DNA of 40,774 bases from the NCBI GenBank assembly GCA_964620765.1, contig CAZUKF010000002.1, positions 1-40,774 of the forward strand. The letters are read 5' to 3'. The position numbers and the translations under genes were made by a program. The DNA is from an uncultured Rickettsiales bacterium. GTDB lineage: Bacteria > Pseudomonadota > Alphaproteobacteria > Rickettsiales > SXRF01. Each line of letters starts with the position of its first letter. The first letter of the stretch is position 1. Under the pieces are notes generated by a model. It was not told where the DNA came from and ran no database searches. It worked only from the letters and a program-made list of their open reading frames with translations. Shown in pieces: positions 7,885 through 15,200 of this stretch.

Positions 7885-9150
7885 ATGAAACTCTGGCATA
7901 AGGTGCTGATCGGCCTCGGGCTTGGCATTACCTTTGGTTACCTCGTGGGCCAGACCCCGCTGCTTACGCCGCTGGGCATTGACGGCAAGCACATGCTCAC
8001 CACCTACGTCAAGCCGGTGGGCACCATCTTCATCAACATGATCAAGATGGTGGTCGTGCCGCTGATTTTTTTCTCGCTGATCGCGGGCATTACCAGCATG
8101 ACGGACGCCGAGGCGTTCAAGCGCGTCGGCGTAAAATCCGTCGCCGCCTACCTCATGACCGGCGCCTTCGCCGTCTGCATCGGCCTTGCCTTCGCGCATG
8201 TGTTCGCGCCCGGCAACGGCGTGGATTTAAGCTCGCTGCAGCAGATGACGGGCGCCGCGCCGCCGGATGCGCCCAAGGCCACCAGCATCATTGACATCCT
8301 CGTCAACATCATCCCCTCCAACGTCTTCAAGGCGATGGTGGAAGACCACATCCTGCAGGTGGTGGTGTTTGCTATTTTCGTGGCCGTGGCGCTCAACGCC
8401 GTGCGCGACAAGACGCCCGAGCTCATCAAGCTCGTTCAGCAATGCGCGCTGCTGGTGTTCAAGCTCATCGAGACGATTGTGAAGTTCTCGCCCTACGGCG
8501 TGTTCGCCCTGATTTCATGGGTGGTGGGCACGCAGGGCTTCGACATTCTCATCGCGCTGGCCAAGCTCATCGTGGTGGTGATGGGCGCGCTGCTCACGCA
8601 GTACATTCTGTTTGGTATCATGGTGATCGTGTTCGGCCGCATGTCGCCCATGCCGTTCTATCGCAAGATGGTGGAGCCGCAATCGCTCGCCTTTTCCACC
8701 AGCTCCAGCAAGGCCACGCTCTCCACCGCCATGCGCGTAGCCAATGAAAGCCTCGGCGTTTCCAAATCCTCCACCTCGTTCGTGCTGCCGCTGGGCGCCT
8801 CCATCAACATGGACGGCACGGCCATCTATCTCGGCATCTGCGCGCTGTTCTTCGCGCAGGCGTTTGGCATTGATATCGACGGCCACCACTACTTCATCCT
8901 CATTCTCACCGCCACGCTGGGCTCCATCGGTGCGGCCGGCATTCCCGGCGGCTCGCTGATCATGATGGGCATGGTACTAACCTCGGTGGGCCTGCCGCTG
9001 GAAGGCATCGCGCTGATTGCGGGCATTGACCGCATCCTCGACATGATGCGCACCACGGTGAACATCACCGGCGACACGGTGATTACGATGCTGGTGGATA
9101 AATCAGAAGGTACGTTTGATGAAAAGACGTACCACGATATGAGTAAGTGA
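7885..9150 (+). CDS. Dicarboxylate/amino acid:cation symporter (DAACS/SDF family)
   Basis: Multi-pass membrane protein with family hallmarks FINMIKMVVVPLIF, SSSKATLSTAM, PLGASINMDGTAIY and GIPGGSLIMM..VL...GLP. Confidence 0.9.
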   Translation: MKLWHKVLIGLGLGITFGYLVGQTPLLTPLGIDGKHMLTTYVKPVGTIFINMIKMVVVPLIFFSLIAGITSMTDAEAFKRVGVKSVAAYLMTGAFAVCIGLAFAHVFAPGNGVDLSSLQQMTGAAPPDAPKATSIIDILVNIIPSNVFKAMVEDHILQVVVFAIFVAVALNAVRDKTPELIKLVQQCALLVFKLIETIVKFSPYGVFALISWVVGTQGFDILIALAKLIVVVMGALLTQYILFGIMVIVFGRMSPMPFYRKMVEPQSLAFSTSSSKATLSTAMRVANESLGVSKSSTSFVLPLGASINMDGTAIYLGICALFFAQAFGIDIDGHHYFILILTATLGSIGAAGIPGGSLIMMGMVLTSVGLPLEGIALIAGIDRILDMMRTTVNITGDTVITMLVDKSEGTFDEKTYHDMSK

Positions 9151-9160
9151 CGGTGAAACC

Positions 9161-9189
9161 GTCATCCTGCGGTCAAGCCGCAGGATGAC
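9161..9189. terminator. 12-bp perfect hairpin between convergent genes (candidate bidirectional terminator; short GTCATCCTG-type element)
   Basis: gtcatcctgcgg (9161-9172), loop tcaag, ccgcaggatgac (9178-9189). It lies 10 nt after the symporter stop and 2 nt before the stop of the leftward gene. Confidence 0.5.
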
Positions 9190-9191
9190 GA

Positions 9192-9824
9192 TTAAATCGC
9201 CAGCGCCGCCTGTCCACTGTGCTGAACATGATGCGGCTGCACGTACTCGCACGGCACGCAAATGCTGTGCCCCGCCAGCTGGTGCAGCGCCTGGAGGGTA
9301 TCGACGCACTGGCAGCTCTGGCCGATGGCCCCGTGCGCGATGGGGTATACCGCCGAGCAATCCATGCCCACGCCTGCAGGCACATAATGCGCACCGCCGA
9401 GCGTGAACGTGTCGGCATAGCCCTGCTTGGGCTCGTAGATTTTCCACTTCATCGATTCGCGGTCGAATACCTGCGCGAACACGTGGCCTTCCGCGCCCGC
9501 ATGCGTCGTGCCCAGCGTATCGGCCTTGAATGTTTCAATGTAAAGCGCGGGAATGCCCGCCGCGCGCGCCAGCGCCAGAAACACGTGCCCGCAATCCGTG
9601 CAGCCGGTTTCAGTGCCGGAGGTGATGATTTCAGAGGCCGTGCGCTTACGGAACACATCCGCCTTATGGGAATCGTCGTGCTTCAGCGTTTTGATGTATT
9701 CGCTGATTTTATGCAGCGTGGTGGTATTGCTGTCGATAGCTTCCTGCTGCAGCTGGTGCGCAAGCGCGGTTACCTTTGCGTCTGCCTGCGTGAACTTGCC
9801 TTGTTGCATCTGGTCGTAGTGCAT
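9192..9824 (-). CDS. Transglutaminase-like cysteine-protease-fold protein with a Cys/His-rich C-terminal tail
   Basis: Strong SD (GGAGGG). GCTDCGHVFLALARAAGIPALYIE...GHVFAQVF...WKIYEP matches the Cys / His / acidic-residue spacing of the transglutaminase-like core. The tail is CSAVYPIAHGAIGQSCQCVDTLQALHQLAGHSICVPCEYVQPHHVQH. Confidence 0.55.
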   Translation of the reverse strand: MHYDQMQQGKFTQADAKVTALAHQLQQEAIDSNTTTLHKISEYIKTLKHDDSHKADVFRKRTASEIITSGTETGCTDCGHVFLALARAAGIPALYIETFKADTLGTTHAGAEGHVFAQVFDRESMKWKIYEPKQGYADTFTLGGAHYVPAGVGMDCSAVYPIAHGAIGQSCQCVDTLQALHQLAGHSICVPCEYVQPHHVQHSGQAALAI

Positions 9825-9844
9825 GCACCCTCCAGTTTAGTTTT

Positions 9845-11719
9845 TTAGATGGTGGTCTTCGGGCCACCCTTCTGCTGGTCGCGCTTGCGCTGTTCGATGA
9901 TGCGTGTTGCAACGTCCACGTCATCCGGCGCAATTTTGTCATTCAGACTCACATCGGTCACCGCCAGGCCCGAAAGCCCGCCGCCACCGTCCGCCTTCTT
10001 CGTTTCACCCTGCTTGGGCGCCTGCTGCTGCCCCGGCGCGCTGCCACGCACCATGGATTTCAGCGCATCGATATCCGCAAGGCCCAGCCCTTTTAAAAGA
10101 TTATCCAGCTTCGCCGGCTGCTGCACCTCGGGGTTCAGCTTGATGGGGTTCTGCGTGCTGGAAATACCCTGGAATTTGTCGGCAATACCGTCGCCGTTCA
10201 CGTCGTTGGCGTTACGGCGCTGGTTGAACGCGTTCACCTGTGCCGATTTCTTCTGCTGCTTCAGCTTGCGCTTCTTGCGCTTGAGCATGTCGGCGGAAAG
10301 CAGCGAATCCTGCGTCTGTTCCACCGCTTCTTCCTGCGCGCGCTCGTGGTCATCCACCTGCTGTTCCATGCTGCCGAACGTGTGTTCCAGCGCACCCTTG
10401 AGCGTCTGCATCAGGCGGTCCACCGTGTGGCCCTTCAGCTCGTTCCACTTGTCCGGCTGGCGCGTTTCATCCACGCTCACGGACATGGTATCGGCAATGC
10501 TTTTCGGTTTTTCCAGCTTGGCCATCAGCTCGATGGAATGCTTCAACACCTTCGCCGCCTCGTTGCCCTGCTGTATCTGCTCGCTGTTCGAAAGCGACGG
10601 GTCACGCGCCATGGCGCGGCTCATGATCTGCTGGTAGAAGCCGACAAACTTGGCCACCACGCCCACCATCTCGCGCTTCTCGTCAGCCGAGCCGTCCTGC
10701 AGGATGCTTTGCGGGCTGCGGTCAGAGAACTTGATGTCCTTGAACCAGCGCAGGATGGTGATGCCGTGTTCCACTGTTTCACGCTTCGTGGCGTTATTGA
10801 GGCTTTCCTCGACCGCCGCTTCTTCCTGCTCCTGCGCCTGCACCTTTTCCAGCGCCAGCTTCTGCGCATAGGCGCGCAATTTTTCGTCGGACATGGTCAG
10901 CGGGTCCAGCGGCGCGCGCGCGTTCAGCCCGTCTTCGGAGAACGGCGTATATTCTACCGGCGGCAGGTCCCACTCGCGCACGGGCATGCCCATCCAGCGG
11001 CGGATGTCGCTCACCACGCTGTTGAAGAGGCCGGTTGTGCGCTCAAGCTTTTTCAGGTGGCGGTAGGCGTAGGCGGCGCCGTCACCTTCCATGTTCAGCA
11101 GTTTCGTATCCAGCGACGGCGCAAACAGCGCGGGCAGCAGGCGCTTCTCATTGCTGATGGCACGGCCCACCTCGGTGGCCATGGAAACCAGCTGTGGGAT
11201 GTAGCGTTCGTCGCCCGGGTCAAAAGACCCGTCGGTCATGTACGTGCCCATCACGTAGTTGCGCAAGGCCGCGAGGTTTTCACGCAGCGGTGCGTATTGC
11301 CCGTAAGTGGCCCTGTTCGGATCAAAAATATCGGGGCGGCCGGCCGTCTCCACGATGACGCGGTCAAAGAAGCGGTAGGCCTGGGTGTCAAAGCCCAGCT
11401 TCGCACCATCGGCGCCTTTCTGCACAAGCTGCTGGTGGGCAGCGAACGTTTCCTCGACGGGGATGATGAACTTGCCCACGTTCGGCCAGAACTGGATACG
11501 GCCGCTGGAGCCTTCTTCGTGCATTTCGCGCAGCATCTCCGCGCGCTCGGCGGCTTCGCGCTCGGCATGCGCCATCTCTAGCTGTATGCGGTTGGAGGGC
11601 AGGTTGGTGTATTCACCTTCGCCCTGCGGGTCATACCGGCGCGCGTATTCCGCGCTGAACCCGCGGCCGCCGGGGCGGCCATCGTAATCGTCATCGTACG
11701 GGTTTTTGTCCCTTGCCAT
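9845..11719 (-). CDS. Hypothetical protein (624 aa), no signal peptide, charged K/Q/E-rich C-terminal third
   Basis: Long ORF with an SD (AAGGA) and 20-bp and 31-bp gaps to its flanking same-strand genes. One DVNGDGIAD calcium-loop-like motif; otherwise no motif I recognise. Confidence 0.7.
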   Translation of the reverse strand: MARDKNPYDDDYDGRPGGRGFSAEYARRYDPQGEGEYTNLPSNRIQLEMAHAEREAAERAEMLREMHEEGSSGRIQFWPNVGKFIIPVEETFAAHQQLVQKGADGAKLGFDTQAYRFFDRVIVETAGRPDIFDPNRATYGQYAPLRENLAALRNYVMGTYMTDGSFDPGDERYIPQLVSMATEVGRAISNEKRLLPALFAPSLDTKLLNMEGDGAAYAYRHLKKLERTTGLFNSVVSDIRRWMGMPVREWDLPPVEYTPFSEDGLNARAPLDPLTMSDEKLRAYAQKLALEKVQAQEQEEAAVEESLNNATKRETVEHGITILRWFKDIKFSDRSPQSILQDGSADEKREMVGVVAKFVGFYQQIMSRAMARDPSLSNSEQIQQGNEAAKVLKHSIELMAKLEKPKSIADTMSVSVDETRQPDKWNELKGHTVDRLMQTLKGALEHTFGSMEQQVDDHERAQEEAVEQTQDSLLSADMLKRKKRKLKQQKKSAQVNAFNQRRNANDVNGDGIADKFQGISSTQNPIKLNPEVQQPAKLDNLLKGLGLADIDALKSMVRGSAPGQQQAPKQGETKKADGGGGLSGLAVTDVSLNDKIAPDDVDVATRIIEQRKRDQQKGGPKTTI

Positions 11720-11750
11720 GCCTTAGTCCTTTGGCTTCAGGGGGCGTGCG

Positions 11751-12032
11751 TTACTGCACGTTTTCCACCGTCAGCTGCTGTCCTTCCTCCGCCGCGGCCG
11801 TGCCCAGCGCGTAGACGCAAAGATCCTCGAACGATACGTTATTCTCTATCGCGATCTTGTGCAGGCGCTCGAAGCTGTCCATCACCTCCTGCGGGATGGT
11901 GCCGCCGCGCACTGTCGAAAGCCACCATGCCTGATGCTGCAACGGGTGCCGCTGCGGGTGCGGCTCTCCCACGTAAACATGGAAGGGATATTTCGTCCCG
12001 TTGAAGTCACACGGTATGGTAAAACGCTTCAT
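11751..12032 (-). CDS. Small conserved hypothetical protein (93 aa)
   Basis: An SD (GGAG) precedes the ATG. MKRFTIPCDFNGTKYPFHVYVGEPHPQRHPLQHQAWWLSTVRGGTIPQEVMDSFERLHKIAIENNVSFEDLCVYALG. From memory this resembles the short alphaproteobacterial DUF2610-type family; unverified. Confidence 0.65.
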   Translation of the reverse strand: MKRFTIPCDFNGTKYPFHVYVGEPHPQRHPLQHQAWWLSTVRGGTIPQEVMDSFERLHKIAIENNVSFEDLCVYALGTAAAEEGQQLTVENVQ

Positions 12033-12234
12033 GCCCCTAAGCTCCGCTAATTGCGTGTAATATCAAAATACTAACATACCAATATTACCGTATGATGACA
12101 ATCGCCCGATTTGGACCCAATTAAGCGATTTTATAACCCCTTATTTTGCACTGTCATAAAACTGCAATGGGATTGATCTATCATTATACACTGGTATGGT
12201 GCGAGGGGTGCCAAGCCAAAGTCGGGATTTCTAA

Positions 12235-15200
12235 GTGCGATCACCACATAAACAGGGGGACTCCGCATATATTAGCCTAAGGACAGCGGCTTACGCTGCC
12301 CTTATCACTACCAGTCTGAGCACCGCTTACAGCGCCCTCGCCGAGGCAACCCAAGCCACACCAAAGACCGCCCCGCCCTGGTGGCAGCAGCCGGATGAAG
12401 GATGGGCGGCATATGCCGCCCGAACTATATTGGAAACGCTGGCCATCCCGGCGGCACACGCGCAGGCAGACGAATATCTTCCCTACCGCGAACTGCCGGA
12501 TTACCTGCCACCAACTTCGCCCAATGCCGTGCCGTCACCGCACCCGGTTTATGCATCGCCGGACCCGTTCATCCCGTATTCTTCGCAGGAATCCCCGTCT
12601 TTTGAACCCGCGCCTTATGGCGTCCCGCCGGTTCTTTCGCCGCACCCCGCGCCACTGCTGCTGAATTCCATCGACCTGAACCCGCTTTCGCTCTTCATCA
12701 AACCGGCCCACGCAATACCGCCAAAACTCCCAACCATCCCGCCAACCTCTCCGCCAACTTTAGCACCCACATTCGCTGCGACCGAGACGCCGACCGAAGG
12801 CATAACCGACGCCCCCACATTCGCTTCTACCGAAACGCCGACCGAAACTGTTACCGCAACTCCTACCTTCCCTCCCGCCCCGTTCGCACCGCCGACCGAA
12901 GAAATAACCAGCGCTCCCACCCTGCCGCCCGATGATTTTTGCATCACGCCATACGGCACATTTGCCGAGGGCTCGTACACTTCCCAGTACAGCACGTGCA
13001 TAGCGCCCGGCGTATGCCACATAGCAATCCTCAACTGCTACGCCGGCGGCAGCTGGGACGGGTTTTACGCCTATGACAGCTGCGCCGAGGCAGAGGCAGC
13101 GGAAGATTGCGGTTTCACCGAGGAAGCCACCGAGATCGCAACTTCTATTGCAACCGAAGAGCCGGCTGGTCCGGGCGTGCCGCCGGATGAAACCGGCGAA
13201 CCAACGGATGAACCCACTGAAACACCAACTCTCATCTCCACTGAAGTCCCGGTCCCGTTCGCACCACCCGGCCCCTTCGCACCACCGGGGCCGTTTGCCA
13301 CGCCCGAACCCACCGTTGTCTCGCCGTTCCTGCCGCCTGGGCCTGGCGTAGTCCCTGAACCCATTACCCGTTTTCCGGGGCCTTCACCGTTACAGCCCAC
13401 ACCCGAACCCATCGTCGTACCGGAACCTGTGCCCGAACGTGTCGTCGCACCGATGCCCACACCCGAACCCATCGTCGCACCAGCACCCACGCCCGCGCCT
13501 GTTGTACCGCAACCTGTTCCGCAAGCTGCGCCCGGCCCCCAACCTGTGCCGCAAGCAGCACCCGCACCCGAACCTGTGCCGCAAGCTGCGCCTGCACCTG
13601 CAGCCGTACCGGGCCCCGGGCCAGAACCCGTACCCCAACCTTCGCCTGCAGGCCCTGCACCCGCGCCTTCACCTGCTGCTCCGGCACCCGCACCTTCGCC
13701 GGCCGGTCCGGCGCCCGCACCAAGCCCAGCACCCGGTCCCTCACCTGGCCCCGGTCCCGGCCCGGCACCCGCGCCCGGCCCCGAGGGCAATTGCCCGAAC
13801 CCCAACCCTGCCGAAGCACCGGCACCGGCTGAAATGCCGGCCCCGGCACCTGCGCCCGCACCAGGACCACAGGCTGAACCGGAGCCCGGACCCGGCCCGG
13901 CACCGCGCCCGAACCGCGAATATCCGCCTAACGGCCCGACGCGTAAAACAGAGTACCAGGACAACACCTACCGTGACCTGTGCAAGAGCAGCCGCATCCT
14001 GAAACCGGGTGAGTTCTTCGATGACATAACGGGTGAACTTGTACTCGCCGGTGATGGCCCGAACCCGGCGCCTGATCCCACGCTGGAAGAAAATTTCTTC
14101 GCCGCGCAGCATGTGGCGGGCGCAAAGCCGGGTGAAAACTGCATGCCGGCCAAGAACACGCCGGTGGTGGACCTGAAGAACACGCCATTCATGTGGGTGA
14201 ACCTGAAAGACGCCTCCACCGGCAAGGAACTCAATGATCTCGCACGCATCTACCGCTGGACCGGCAAGGATGACACGCTGAAAGCCTACATGCAGGTGGT
14301 CGGCGGCATTGATTTCTGCCCGCAGCTGCTCGTGCCGGATAAGAATTTCTGCCTCGAAGGCATGACCACCAATCCGCAGATGCTGTGCGGCGGGGTAGCC
14401 AGGCCGCCGGATGCGCCGTCTTCGAAGTGCGCCAATATGAAGGTGCGCGATTGCGATACCAAGAGGCTGATGGAGTTCCGCATGGCCGTCGTGCGCAAAT
14501 GCGCCGAAACCTACATCGCCATGCGCAGCATGCGGCCTTGGTGGCTCTACGAAAAATACGGCTCTACCTGGGAAGAGTTCCTCGCGCCGACGGGAGCCCC
14601 CTGGTACGGCTACGGCGGCCACGAAGCCGAACCGCCGGTACGCATGCTGCAACCGCTGATGCGCGGCTCCGACGCGCGCAAAGTTTACAAGGGTGAGATG
14701 AAGCAGCGCTATGCGCGCAAGGTCGACACGATCCGCGATGGCAAGCACCCGTGGCGGAACGAATGGGAGCTTGACCTGGGAGTAGAGCTTGAAAGGTATT
14801 TCAAGGACACGCTGATTTATGGTACGGCACTCGACCAGGCGGCAAGCGCAAGAATCCCCAAGAGCCTCGCAATGAAGGTGCCCAAGCCCTTCCCCGACGT
14901 CAACATGCCCTGCATCAAGGACAAGGGAGGGTTGACGGTTGCGCCGGGCGTGGAGCCGCCGAGAGACAGCCCTGCCCCGGCACCAGCGCCAGCGCCTGAA
15001 CCGGTTCCGGAGGATAACAATCCGAACCCGGTACCCCAGGCCGCTCCCGAGCCGCCCGTGCCGGGTGATCCCTGCAAACCCAAAAAGCCGCCGCAGACCT
15101 GCGGCTCCGGCTCCATAACGCATGGCGGCTTCTGCGACCCCGGCGACGATGAGGAAACGAAGCCCCCCATACCGCCGGCCGTGCCGGATCCAATCGAGCA

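Noticed and set aside
10346-11581. 411-aa ORF on the + strand
   Set aside because: It lies antisense to the 624-aa gene. The - strand frame has the SD, operon spacing and a more protein-like composition, whereas the + frame is His/Arg/Leu/Ala-rich shadow sequence.
13071-13967. 298-aa Gly-rich ORF (and others at 13364-13903 and 13741-15366) on the - strand
   Set aside because: They are the reverse complement of the proline-rich (CCN) coding region of the giant gene, which necessarily reads as GGN glycine runs. There is no independent start or SD support.
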